A DNA stretch of 64,000 bases from Candidatus Atribacteria bacterium (GCA_029556475.1 JAKQEP010000054.1:19898-83897), one strand, 5' to 3'. Counted from the stretch's first letter, positions 21,103 through 30,873 are shown. Numbers and translations: made by a program. Notes: generated by a model not told the origin, from the sequence alone.

Positions 21103-21131
21103 AACATGTTAAGGGACGGTCCTTCAACATC
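21100..21131 (-). repeat. dispersed palindromic element, copy B (reverse orientation)
   Basis: The reverse complement GATGTTGAAGGACCGTCCCTTAACATGTTTTA differs from copy A at 4 positions. Overlaps the TAA stop at 21100-21102. Confidence 0.8.
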
Positions 21132-21227
21132 ATTGTCGTCCAATTTTTATATCTTTACAAGGGTTTTAGAAGCATATCCTAAGAGTATTGCCAATGAATA
21201 CTTCTCTATTACCAAGGAGATTCATCA

Positions 21228-21530
21228 ATGGTTAAAACAAAACAAGAAATTGACCGAATAATTGAAAAATTCAAAAGAGAACTAAAGAAATATAACATTC
21301 ATACTGATAGAATTATTCTATATGGGTCTTATGCCAAAGGAGTGCCTAGAGAAGATAGTGATATAGATCTAATATTAATATCAAAAGATTTTGAAAATAT
21401 GAATTTGAGAGAAAGATTAGAAATATTAGGCCTTGCAGCTGGTAATATATTAGAACCTATTGAAGCTTTAGGATATACTCCTGAAGAAGTAGAAGAAAGA
21501 AAAGAAACGTTTTTAGAAACCACTATTTAG
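21228..21530 (+). CDS. nucleotidyltransferase-domain protein (MNT-type antitoxin-like)
   Basis: 100 aa. GSYAKG...DSDIDL motif. No HEPN partner ORF is adjacent. Confidence 0.7.
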   Translation: MVKTKQEIDRIIEKFKRELKKYNIHTDRIILYGSYAKGVPREDSDIDLILISKDFENMNLRERLEILGLAAGNILEPIEALGYTPEEVEERKETFLETTI

Positions 21531-21573
21531 CATTATAATCTTCTTCTTGGTCATTTAATAATGTAAGAATTTT

Positions 21574-21638
21574 GTGTGGGAATGAGTGAATGAGATTGCC
21601 ACGACAGGTTTTCAACCTGTCTCGCAATGACAAGAGAG
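21574..21638 (+). repeat. GTGTGGG...ATTGCC-hairpin-GCAATGACAAGAG intergenic element, copy L1
   Basis: Shares ordered blocks with 35665-35727 and 62920-62975. Internal stem GACAGGTT/AACCTGTC plus outer ATTGC/GCAAT. Confidence 0.7.
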
Positions 21639-21787
21639 AATCCTTCTCAATCACAGAAATGTCATGATTAACGAAAAGAATAGGTTGTTACTAATAAAAA
21701 ACCTGTCTGCAATAGTATGAAGAGATACTCTAACTATGAGCGAACAGGATATTTTTAATTTTATATTTTTATTAAAGGATAAGACGT

Positions 21788-22567
21788 ATGGAAGATGTTA
21801 AAATAATTGACTTAACTCCGGAAAATATAGCAGATTATGGTGTTTGCGGATATAAAGATGTACAGAAACACATTGAATTGAGAAAGAAAATAGAGTGGTT
21901 CAAAGAATACTATCCCAGGGGCTTGAGAATAAAAATTATTTTTTCGCAAAAAGGCGGTTATCAGGGAATGCTGGAATATATCCCCGGGGAGTATGCCCAT
22001 CGTCCGGTAGAAGCAAATGGATATATGTTTATTCATTGTGTTTTTGTAGGATTCAAAAACGAGTTTAAAGGAAAGGGTTTTGCTTCACTATTGATAGACG
22101 AATGTATCAAAGAAGCGAAAGAAAATAAGATGTCAGGGGTTGCTGTAGTCACAAGAAAAGGTTCTTTTATGGTCGGTAATGATATTTTTCTTAAAAAGGG
22201 ATTTCAAATTATTGACAGTGCAGAACCAGATTTTGATTTACTGGTCTTAAAATTTGATAAAAAAGCTAAAGACCCAAAATTTAAAGCAGATATGAGTGAA
22301 ACTTTAAAGAGATACAGTGAAGGTTTGACTATTATCCGCTCAGCTCAATGTCCCTATACAGAAAAAAATGTAAATGCTATTCTGGAAACTGCAAAACAGC
22401 TCAATTTAAAAACAAATCTAATTAATTTAAAGGATGCTATCGAAACTCAAAAGATACCCTGCCCATTTGGAACATTCTGTCTTATCTACAATGGAAAGAT
22501 CATTAGCCATCATCCCATAAGCAATACCAGATTTGAAAATATAATGAAAAAAGAAATGAATAAATAA
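21788..22567 (+). CDS. GNAT-family N-acetyltransferase with YoaP-like C-terminal domain
   Basis: 259 aa. Acetyl-CoA binding region FKGKGFASLLIDECIKEA. The C-terminal CPF...YNGK region is reminiscent of YoaP. Confidence 0.6.
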   Translation: MEDVKIIDLTPENIADYGVCGYKDVQKHIELRKKIEWFKEYYPRGLRIKIIFSQKGGYQGMLEYIPGEYAHRPVEANGYMFIHCVFVGFKNEFKGKGFASLLIDECIKEAKENKMSGVAVVTRKGSFMVGNDIFLKKGFQIIDSAEPDFDLLVLKFDKKAKDPKFKADMSETLKRYSEGLTIIRSAQCPYTEKNVNAILETAKQLNLKTNLINLKDAIETQKIPCPFGTFCLIYNGKIISHHPISNTRFENIMKKEMNK

Positions 22568-22590
22568 AGTTGTTATACCTTAAAAAGATA

Positions 22591-22638
22591 AAGCCTGGCA
22601 TTGATTATCTTTCTAATCAAACCAGGCTTCTATTTTTT
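22591..22638. terminator. bidirectional intrinsic terminator between GNAT (+) and peroxiredoxin (-)
   Basis: AAGCCTGG..TTGATTA-tctttc-TAATCAA..CCAGGCTT, followed by tattttttat on + and preceded by the complement of a T-run for the - strand. Confidence 0.7.
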
Positions 22639-22690
22639 ATTTGTTCTCAATAAATAAAATACTTAAATCTATTGGCCAATTACCAATTAA

Positions 22691-23287
22691 TTATCCATCT
22701 TTTCTTGGATCCCATTCCCTCCAGACATTCCCTGTTAATCCTGGTGAAGGTTTTAATGTTTTCTTACCTTCTGTCCACCCGGATGGCATTACTTCGCCTG
22801 TTTTCTGATGGTGTTGGAAAGCTTTTATCTGACGAATGAGCTCTGCGGGGTTTCTTCCGACTGGTGGAGTTAATATTTCAGCCGCCTGAATAATACCTTC
22901 CGGGTCAATTAAAAATCTTCCCCGAACATTTATTCCTGATGCCTCATCATAGACATCATAAAGTTTTCCAATAGCACCATTTTGATCTGATACCATTGGG
23001 AAGGGCACATCATTGCCAATCATCTTACTTAATTCAGTTTCATTCCAGATTTTGTGGGAATGTACACTGTCTGTGCTTACTGAAAGCACCTCTACACCTA
23101 ATGCCTGAAGTTGGTCATAGCCCACGGCTATGTGTGATATTTCGGTTGGTCAGACGTAGGTGAAATCACCTGGATAGAAGCACAAAACAACCCATTTACC
23201 ACGGTAATCTTCTAAAGATACTTTTTTGTACTTTCCCTGATAGAATGCTGAACCTGTAAAATTTGGTGCATGTTTAGTAACTAACAT
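22691..23287 (-). CDS. selenocysteine-containing peroxiredoxin (AhpC/Prx1 type); Sec encoded by TGA at 23152-23150
   Basis: ATG at 23287 gives MLVTKHAPNFTGSAFYQGKYKKVSLEDYRGKWVVLCFYPGDFTYV-U-PTEI, continuing in frame into the track ORF 22691-23125. U sits where the peroxidatic Cys of the FTFVCPTE motif lies. Confidence 0.85.
23116..23132 (-). promoter_or_regulatory. putative bacterial SECIS hairpin of the peroxiredoxin mRNA
   Basis: mRNA CAUAGC-CGUGG-GCUAUG (6-7 bp stem) begins 20 nt after the U of UGA. Confidence 0.55.
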
Positions 23288-23564
23288 TTATACTACTCCT
23301 TTCGTATTAAATATTAAATAGTATTAATTACAATTTAGCATTGATAAGCATAAAAGTCAATAATGAAGAGCAGCAGTTTTAAAGGCATAAGATAACTACC
23401 TTAGATTTAAAATGGTATTAATGTTATAATAAAAACCATAGGAATAAGCCAATTATCAAAGAGAGATAACCTATCAGGGTTGATTAAATAGTCAAACAAA
23501 GAGATAAATAAATGTAAGAAATAAAAGCATTTCACAAAATTGTCATAATGGGAGGTTAAGAATA

Positions 23565-23942
23565 ATGAGTCAAAAAATGATATTTTATTGTATAGATACC
23601 TGAAGCACCTGCCGCAAGGCGAAAGCGTGGCTTTCGCAGCATAATATTGATTTCGAATATCGGAATCTTATCAAGAATCCTCTATCCGAAAAAGAGATTA
23701 AAGGGCTGGCTAAATTTGCCGGATTGGAATTATCTGGTTTAATTAATAAAAAGAGCCAGGTTTTTAAGAAGCTGGCAGTAACTTTAACCGAGTTTGATGA
23801 TAGGGGTATTATTCAATTGATAGAGGGTAAGCCTCGTATCGTTATCAGACCGATCTTAACAGAAGGAAAGCACATACTTTTTGGATTTAAAGAACAGAAT
23901 TATCTGGATTTCATTGAGGCAGGAGAAAATCCATTAGCATAA
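23565..23942 (+). CDS. selenocysteine-containing ArsC/Spx-family (arsenate-reductase-like) protein; Sec encoded by TGA at 23601-23603
   Basis: GGAGG at 23551-23555, ATG at 23565. MSQKMIFYCIDT-U-STCRKAKAWLSQHNIDFEYRNLIKNPLSEKEIKGLAKFAG continues in frame into track ORF 23724-23942. U aligns with the N-terminal redox Cys of the family (YGIKNCDTCKKA pattern). Confidence 0.8.
23619..23637 (+). promoter_or_regulatory. putative SECIS hairpin of the ArsC-like mRNA
   Basis: GCGAAAG-CGUGG-CUUUCGC, a perfect 7-bp stem starting 18 nt after the U of UGA. Confidence 0.55.
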
Positions 23943-24029
23943 CTAACAACCCGTCATTTATTACAACTTACCAAAAATGATTATGAAGAATTCTTGTAAA
24001 AAAATTAGTTTAAACGGAGGTTCAAAATA

Positions 24030-24623
24030 ATGTATAACCAGAAAATAAGAAAATTAACAATAGTATTATTTTTATTAACAGTATTCTTACTGGGAGGATG
24101 CAATCAGTTGCCTGGTGGCTCATGTGTGAATGAAGTACAATTTGTAGATAAAAATTTAGAGCAGGTAGTTAGGGTGAAAATTAATAAACTAAGTGGCCCA
24201 CTGTATCAGAGTGATGTGGTAAATATCTTTGAATTGGATGCTGAGAAAAAAGGAATCGTTTCATTGTCCGGAATCGAACACCTTAAAAATTTACGTGAAC
24301 TGGACCTTGATGACAATCAGATATCAGATCTTTCTCCTTTAGCTGGCTTAACCAAACTAAAAGAGCTGGATTTAGAAAACAACAATATTTCCGACCTGTC
24401 TTCCCTGACAAACTTAATTAATCTGGAGGAGTTAGATTTTGAGAACAACAAAGTAACAGATATCTCAGCCCTGGTGAGTAATAAAGGGATTAGTATGGGT
24501 GATGAAGTAGATATGAGATATAACCATCTCGATCTTAGCGAAGGCTCTAAAAATATGCAGGATATCAATACTTTAATTAATAGAGGTGTGAAGGTTGAGT
24601 ATATTCCTCAAAGTAATCACTAA
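24030..24623 (+). CDS. leucine-rich-repeat lipoprotein (internalin-like LRRs)
   Basis: 197 aa. Signal peptide with lipobox LLGGC. Four or more 22-aa LRRs (LxxLxLxxNxIsDLSPL). Confidence 0.75.
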   Translation: MYNQKIRKLTIVLFLLTVFLLGGCNQLPGGSCVNEVQFVDKNLEQVVRVKINKLSGPLYQSDVVNIFELDAEKKGIVSLSGIEHLKNLRELDLDDNQISDLSPLAGLTKLKELDLENNNISDLSSLTNLINLEELDFENNKVTDISALVSNKGISMGDEVDMRYNHLDLSEGSKNMQDINTLINRGVKVEYIPQSNH

Positions 24624-24820
24624 TAATAATTATTGCCAAATTACCAATAGTTATTAATAAAAGTAATAATCAGATAATTCAAGAGTACGATTTAGAAACT
24701 TTTCAATCACACTCTTTTTTATTATTGTAAAAATGGCTTTTGTATCTGTTCTAATAATTTTTATGCTATAATTGAACATCTTTAAACAATACAAAATACT
24801 AAAAATATAGATTTTTAATT

Positions 24821-25813
24821 ATGGCATCAATTCCTCAATCAAAGAATGAAACATTGAAAATTCCAAAGATTATGCTATTCCTGAGTTTTTTTATATTGAT
24901 AGCCTTTACTATCTTTATTGTTCTCCATTTTACTGAAGCAGAAAAATTTGCCCAGCTATTATCTAAAGCAGAACCAAAATGGTTAGTTTTGGCTATCGTA
25001 TTACAAATTGGAACTTATTTTTGTGCAGGTTTTATATGGAATATGGTAATTCGAAATGCAGGGCATCAGTTGCCTTTAAGTATATTGGCACGTCTATCAA
25101 TAGAAAAATTAAGTATTGACCAATTAGTTCCCACCGGAGGGATGTCAGGGAATTTAATAGTGGTGCGAACAATGAAGAGATTTGGGTTACCAAACTGGCT
25201 TGCCATTGAGGCAGTGGTGATTGATATTTTTTCCCATTATATAACTGACATGATTATGGCTGTGCTGGCATTGTCGGTTCTCTGGTTTAACCATAATATC
25301 ACAAATATTGTATGGTATCTTGTTGCCATTTTTACTGTAATAGTAATAGTAGTTCCTACCTCTATATTCTGGATTTTAACCCACAGGAATGGCCAGCTGC
25401 CCTCCTGGTTGCTTCGTTTTAAATTCATTACCAATATTTCAGAAACGGTTAAAATGGTCTCACCAGAGCGAATACTTTTACCAAATTTATTGGGGGGCTC
25501 AACCTTACTAAATATGGCAATTTTTGTTCTTGATGCCTGTACCCTTTGGGCAATGCTACGAATAACTAATTATTCAACCGGAATTTTAACTGCTTTAGTG
25601 GCAATTGTTCTGGCTACTATAGCTGGTGCTATTTCCTTTTTACCAGGTGGTATGGGAGGATTTGAGGCTGGTTCAGTAATGGCTCTGGCACTTTTTGAGG
25701 TACCGATAGAAATTGCTTTAACCAGCACACTCCTTTTCCGTGGATTTACTCTGTGGATTCCACTTATTCCAGGTGTTTTGATGACCAGGTATGATATTAA
25801 GGAAAAAGTATAG
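24821..25813 (+). CDS. polytopic membrane protein, flippase-like/LPG-synthase-TM (UPF0104) family
   Basis: 330 aa, about 8 TM helices. Family assignment by overall resemblance only. Confidence 0.45.
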   Translation: MASIPQSKNETLKIPKIMLFLSFFILIAFTIFIVLHFTEAEKFAQLLSKAEPKWLVLAIVLQIGTYFCAGFIWNMVIRNAGHQLPLSILARLSIEKLSIDQLVPTGGMSGNLIVVRTMKRFGLPNWLAIEAVVIDIFSHYITDMIMAVLALSVLWFNHNITNIVWYLVAIFTVIVIVVPTSIFWILTHRNGQLPSWLLRFKFITNISETVKMVSPERILLPNLLGGSTLLNMAIFVLDACTLWAMLRITNYSTGILTALVAIVLATIAGAISFLPGGMGGFEAGSVMALALFEVPIEIALTSTLLFRGFTLWIPLIPGVLMTRYDIKEKV

Positions 25814-25923
25814 AATCTTTTCGTTGTACTATTATAAAGAAAATATTTAACAATTGAACAAATGGATGAGTTGCTTCGTTTAATAAGTAGATTTTAAATA
25901 AAATTCAAAAGGTTTCTATAACA

Positions 25924-28518
25924 ATGCCGCAAGCAGAGAATAAAAAATCAATATTCTGGACCTCGTCAATCCAGGAGGTATTTAAGCTATTGGATAGCTC
26001 AGAAAAAGGACTTTCTGAGCAAGAGGCAGTATCAAGAAGAGAAAAATACGGTTTTAACGAGATTAAAGAAAAAGAAAAGAGGTCTGCTTTAGATATATTT
26101 TTCTCTCAGTTTAAAAATTCGCTGGTACTGGTTCTGATTGCCGCTTCAATAATTGCTTATTTTCTGGGTGACAAAATCGATTCACTGGTAATCATTTCCA
26201 TTGTAATTATCAATGCATTACTAGGATTTTTTCAGGAATATCATGCTGAAAAAGCCTTAAGAGCTTTGAAAAAATATCTGATTAGTGAAACAACTGTATT
26301 AAGAGATGGGAAAATTATTAGTAGAGATGCAAAAGAGATTGTCCCCGGTGATATTGTCTATCTGGCTATGGGAGATATGGTACCGGCTGACTTAAGATTG
26401 ATAAAAGGAGAGGAGTTGACTACAGATGAATCATCTTTAACCGGGGAATCGGTGCCTGTTGTAAAAAACGAGGAGGTCTTAGAACAAGGATATACCCTGC
26501 CGCAAGATTTATACAATATATTATTTATGGGTACCTCTGTGGTAAGCGGTTCTGGTTATGGTGTGGTATTTTCTACAGGTAAGGACACTTTTTTGGGCAA
26601 GACCGCTTCTTTCCTGAAATCGAGCCCGGATGAAGGTGATTTGCAAAAGAATATCAAAAATTTCAGCAATTTCCTGCTTAAGATTATTCTTACTATGACC
26701 ATCTTTATTTTTATAGTCAATGCCCTGCTGGGCAAAGGTATTTTTAGTTCTTTTTTCTTTGCTTTAGCATTGGCAGTGGGGCTTACCCCTGAGGCTTTGC
26801 CAATTATTATAACCATATCTTTGTCTAGAGGAGCTCTTAAGATGGCTGAACAAAAAGTTGTTACCAAAAAGCTTGCCTCAGTTGAAGATTTTGGAAATAT
26901 TGATATCCTCTGCTGTGACAAGACAGGAACACTCACCGAAGGAAAAATGTCACTTTCCGATTATCTTTCAATTGAAGGTGAGAAGGAAGTTAAACTTGTC
27001 TTATACGGCTTATTATGCAATTCAGCCCGGAGTAAAGGCAAAGAAGATGGACAAGTTTTTAAAAATCCGATGGATAAAGCTATATGGGAAAGCATTCCTG
27101 CTCAAAATTTAAAATCCGAGCTGGAAAAATATAAAATTATTAAAAAGAACGAATTTGATTTTAAAAGAAGAAGAATGAGTGTAGTAGTAGAAAATGAGGG
27201 CAAAGGGATGCTTATTGCTAAAGGTGCAATGGAATCAATATTGACGGTTAGCAAGTCTGTCCTGATAGGCGGTAAGGCAACCCCCATAACTGCAGAAGTC
27301 TCTAAATTATTGAGTAAAAAGATTTTAGAATATGAACAGAATGGTTTCAGGATATTAGGAATAGCCACCAGATATTTGGGAGATGTGAGGGAAGGTGAAA
27401 ATTTTGAAGAAAAAGATATTGAAGAAAAAGATCTCAATATAGAAGGTATATTGTTATTTTTAGACAAAGCCAAAAAGACAGTTAAAGAATCTCTGAAGAT
27501 ACTACAAAAGTTAAAAGTAGAGGAGAAGATTATCAGCGGGGATAGTCCGGTTATTACCCGTAAAATATGTAACGATGTTGGGTTAGCTATAAAAGAAGAT
27601 AGAGTTATTACCGGAGAGGAACTTACATCGCTCCAGGAAGATGAATTTAAAGAATATTGTCAACGCTTTAATGTATTTACCAGAGTTACGCCAGAGCAAA
27701 AATTTATGATTGTCTCCAGTCTGAAGAGAGAAGGGCATATAGTAGGTTTTTTAGGGGATGGTATCAATGATGTACCGGCATTGAAGGCAGCTGATATAGG
27801 TATTTCAGTAGATACCGCCTCAGATATTGCCAAAGAGTCAGCAGATATTATACTTCTTCAGAAAAGTTTGCGTGTCTTGTCTATGGGAATTATGGAAGGA
27901 AGAAAGACCTTTGCTAATATCACTAAATATATCCTGAATACCATCAGTGCTAATTTTGGTAATATGTTTACCGTGGCCTTCTCCTCACTGTTTTTAAAAT
28001 TTATTCCGCTTTTGCCCTCGCAGATTTTACTGACCAATTTTGTTAGTGATGCACCGCTTATGACTATCTCTACCGATAATGTAGATGAAGAGTTTTTAAG
28101 AAGGCCCAGGCGCTGGAATATTAAACTTATTGCTAAATTTATGGTCTATTTTGGAATTATCAGTACCATCTTTGACCTGGCATTGGTCTTACCCCTAATC
28201 TTATTGTTAAAAGTTGAGCCGCAGGTTTTTCGTACTGCCTGGTTTTATGAATCCGTCTTATCTGAAATATTGATTACCTTTTCTATAAGGACCAGGCTGT
28301 TATTTGCAAGGAGTAAGCCGAGCAATTTGTTGATTTGGACCTCTCTTTTTGCAGTAATAGTGGTAGGGGTTTTAGTCAATACCACTCCTGGCAATGAGTT
28401 ATTTGAATTTGTAAAATTACCGGTAAATGTGATTTTTCTGATATCAGGCATTCTGATGGCTTATTTTATTGCCGTTGAAATTGCCAAAAAGAACTTCTTC
28501 CAAAAATTTGAACTGTAA
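25924..28518 (+). CDS. mgtA: P-type ATPase, Mg2+-importing (MgtA-like)
   Basis: 864 aa. CCDKTGTLT phosphorylation site, GDGINDVPALKAADIGISV, and C-terminal LLPSQILLTNFVSD...DNVDEEFLRRPRRWN typical of MgtA/MgtB. Confidence 0.7.
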   Translation: MPQAENKKSIFWTSSIQEVFKLLDSSEKGLSEQEAVSRREKYGFNEIKEKEKRSALDIFFSQFKNSLVLVLIAASIIAYFLGDKIDSLVIISIVIINALLGFFQEYHAEKALRALKKYLISETTVLRDGKIISRDAKEIVPGDIVYLAMGDMVPADLRLIKGEELTTDESSLTGESVPVVKNEEVLEQGYTLPQDLYNILFMGTSVVSGSGYGVVFSTGKDTFLGKTASFLKSSPDEGDLQKNIKNFSNFLLKIILTMTIFIFIVNALLGKGIFSSFFFALALAVGLTPEALPIIITISLSRGALKMAEQKVVTKKLASVEDFGNIDILCCDKTGTLTEGKMSLSDYLSIEGEKEVKLVLYGLLCNSARSKGKEDGQVFKNPMDKAIWESIPAQNLKSELEKYKIIKKNEFDFKRRRMSVVVENEGKGMLIAKGAMESILTVSKSVLIGGKATPITAEVSKLLSKKILEYEQNGFRILGIATRYLGDVREGENFEEKDIEEKDLNIEGILLFLDKAKKTVKESLKILQKLKVEEKIISGDSPVITRKICNDVGLAIKEDRVITGEELTSLQEDEFKEYCQRFNVFTRVTPEQKFMIVSSLKREGHIVGFLGDGINDVPALKAADIGISVDTASDIAKESADIILLQKSLRVLSMGIMEGRKTFANITKYILNTISANFGNMFTVAFSSLFLKFIPLLPSQILLTNFVSDAPLMTISTDNVDEEFLRRPRRWNIKLIAKFMVYFGIISTIFDLALVLPLILLLKVEPQVFRTAWFYESVLSEILITFSIRTRLLFARSKPSNLLIWTSLFAVIVVGVLVNTTPGNELFEFVKLPVNVIFLISGILMAYFIAVEIAKKNFFQKFEL

Positions 28519-28581
28519 TTTTTAATAAAATTTTCCCTGTTGATTTTTTTATAAATAAAGAGGAAGGGGTATGGAAATATT

Positions 28582-29259
28582 ATGTTACAAATATCTGAAG
28601 AGTTAAAAGAAGCTTATCCCGGAGGGTGTATTGGAGAGGTCTCTTTTAAAAATGTAAACGTTGATAATAGCGGGGTTATAAATCTGAATAGAGCAAAAGA
28701 AGAGCTGATGGAAAGTTTAAGAGATAATTATAAAGATTACAGTAGAGTGGCTCTAATTCAGACCGAACCTATGAAAAACTATGTAACATATTATAAAAAA
28801 TTCAAAAAAACATACCATGTATTGCTTCAATTGGAATCTGTTATTTTGAAAGGAAAATCTATTCCAGAAAGCTACCCTCTGGTAATGATTATGTTTAAGT
28901 CAGAATTAAAAAACCTTATTCTTACAGCAGCCCATGATCTGGATAGAATTACCTTGCCAATTGGAGTAGAGTTGTCCAGAGGAGATGAAAGGTATAACCT
29001 ATTAAACGGTATGGAAAAGGAATTACCTGCCGGGGATATGTTTATGGAAGATAGGGAAGGTATCATTTCCAGTATTATCTATGGTCCCGATAGTAGGACA
29101 CAGATTGACGAAGATACCAATAGAGTGTTATACACAGTATATGCACCGCCAGGGATAGAAGGGTCTCTAATAAATGAACATCTTAATGATATAGTTCACT
29201 ACATAAACATGGTAGCACCTCAAGCGGAAATGATAAAAATGACATTTCATAAATTATAA
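28582..29259 (+). CDS. B3/4-domain (PheT B3/B4-like) protein
   Basis: 225 aa. Family assigned from overall pattern (LPIGVELSRGDE...GDMFMEDREGIISSIIYGPDSRT). Its 3' third is duplicated at 30960-31295. Confidence 0.5.
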   Translation: MLQISEELKEAYPGGCIGEVSFKNVNVDNSGVINLNRAKEELMESLRDNYKDYSRVALIQTEPMKNYVTYYKKFKKTYHVLLQLESVILKGKSIPESYPLVMIMFKSELKNLILTAAHDLDRITLPIGVELSRGDERYNLLNGMEKELPAGDMFMEDREGIISSIIYGPDSRTQIDEDTNRVLYTVYAPPGIEGSLINEHLNDIVHYINMVAPQAEMIKMTFHKL

Positions 29260-29487
29260 AATTGTAAAGAAGTTCATTCAATTATTTTGTTAAAGATCAT
29301 TTTTTATTAGTAAGTTGTTTTTATATTGATCATATTAATTATTGAATAGAAGATTGGGAATAGGGATATCTATGATAAATTTGTTAAAATCAAGCTGTAA
29401 ATTGGCATTTTCTACAGGTAGAAGTGGGTGGAAAGTTAAATGTAATAATGTTATTATTAAAAATAATATTTGGAGGTCACAGAAAGT

Positions 29488-30873
29488 ATGAATAATAAAT
29501 ATTTTGCTGAACCATTTAAGATTAAAATGGTAGAGCCTATCACGATATTGACCAGAGAAGAAAGGTTGGCAAAGATTAAAGAGGCTAATTATAATCTATT
29601 CTCTCTAAAATCTGAAGATGTGTATATTGACTTATTATCTGATAGTGGTACCGGCGCCATGAGTACCAATCAATGGGCAGGTATGATGAATGGAGATGAG
29701 GCTTATTCCGGCTCTAAAAATTATTTTAACTTGATCAGTTCTGCTCAGGATATTTTTGGTTATGAATATATTCAGCCAGTCCATCAAGGGAGAGCGGCAG
29801 AAAAAGTGGTTATGCCTATTTTACTTGGACCAGGAAAGTTCGCCATTTCCAATATGCATTTTGATACAACGAGGGCACATGTAGAACTGACAGGGGCAAG
29901 GGCCATAGATTGTATAGTTCCCGAGGCGTTGGATACTAAGACATACGCACCTTTTAAAGGAAATATGGACGTTTTAAGGCTGGTAGAATTAATTGAGGAA
30001 TTAGGTAAAGAAAATGTGGGTGTCATTATAATGACCATTACCAATAATAGTGCCGGCGGCCAGCCCGTCTCAATGGAAAATATTAAGAATACTGCTGAGA
30101 TAGCTAATAAATATAATATTCCTCTTATGATAGATGCTGCAAGATTTGCTGAGAATGCTTTTTTTATTAAAGAGAGAGAGGAAGGTTATAAAGATAAATC
30201 AATAAAAGAAATTGCCCGGGAAATGTTTAGTCATGCTCATTTGTTTACCATGAGTGCTAAAAAGGATGCCATAATTAATATGGGAGGCTTAATAGGAGTT
30301 AAGAACGATAAGGAATTATTTGAAGTAATAAAAGGCAGAACAATACCACTGGAGGGTTTTATATCATATGGAGGACTTTCTGGAAGAGATTTAGAGGCGA
30401 TGGCAATAGGTCTTCAGGAGGGGATAGATTATAATTATTTGAAGTACCGTATCGGTCAGATGGAATATATGGCTGGAAAATTAGATATTGCTGATATACC
30501 CTATCAGTCGCCAGTTGGCGGGCATGCAGTTTTTGTTAATGCAGGAGAATTCCTTCCTCATATTCCTTACTATGAATTTCCGGGTCAGGCTTTAGCAGTA
30601 GAACTATATATTGAAGCAGGTATCAGAGGTTGTGATATCGGTTCTTATATGATGGGGAATGATCCGGATACCGGCAAACAGATTAAATCACAATTTGAAT
30701 TTACAAGATTGGCTATTCCCAGAAGAGTATATACCCAATCACATTTAGATGTGATAATAGAAGCCCTTATCGCTATTAAAAACAGGGTAAATACAATTCC
30801 GGGGTATAAGATAAACTGGGAACCTAAAATCTTACGCCATTTTACCTCCAGATTAATACCTGTAGATAAATAA
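29488..30873 (+). CDS. tryptophanase / tyrosine phenol-lyase family beta-eliminating lyase (PLP)
   Basis: ATG at 29488 follows GGAGG (29472-29476). [20 protein letters not shown] and FTMSAKKD (PLP lysine) motifs. Features are mixed between TnaA and TPL, so substrate is not assigned. Confidence 0.8.
   Translation: MNNKYFAEPFKIKMVEPITILTREERLAKIKEANYNLFSLKSEDVYIDLLSDSGTGAMSTNQWAGMMNGDEAYSGSKNYFNLISSAQDIFGYEYIQPVHQGRAAEKVVMPILLGPGKFAISNMHFDTTRAHVELTGARAIDCIVPEALDTKTYAPFKGNMDVLRLVELIEELGKENVGVIIMTITNNSAGGQPVSMENIKNTAEIANKYNIPLMIDAARFAENAFFIKEREEGYKDKSIKEIAREMFSHAHLFTMSAKKDAIINMGGLIGVKNDKELFEVIKGRTIPLEGFISYGGLSGRDLEAMAIGLQEGIDYNYLKYRIGQMEYMAGKLDIADIPYQSPVGGHAVFVNAGEFLPHIPYYEFPGQALAVELYIEAGIRGCDIGSYMMGNDPDTGKQIKSQFEFTRLAIPRRVYTQSHLDVIIEALIAIKNRVNTIPGYKINWEPKILRHFTSRLIPVDK

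Noticed and set aside
25814-25923. Mg2+ (M-box) riboswitch or leader upstream of the mgtA-like gene
   Set aside because: The 110-bp gap is too short for an M-box, and I saw none of its conserved segments.
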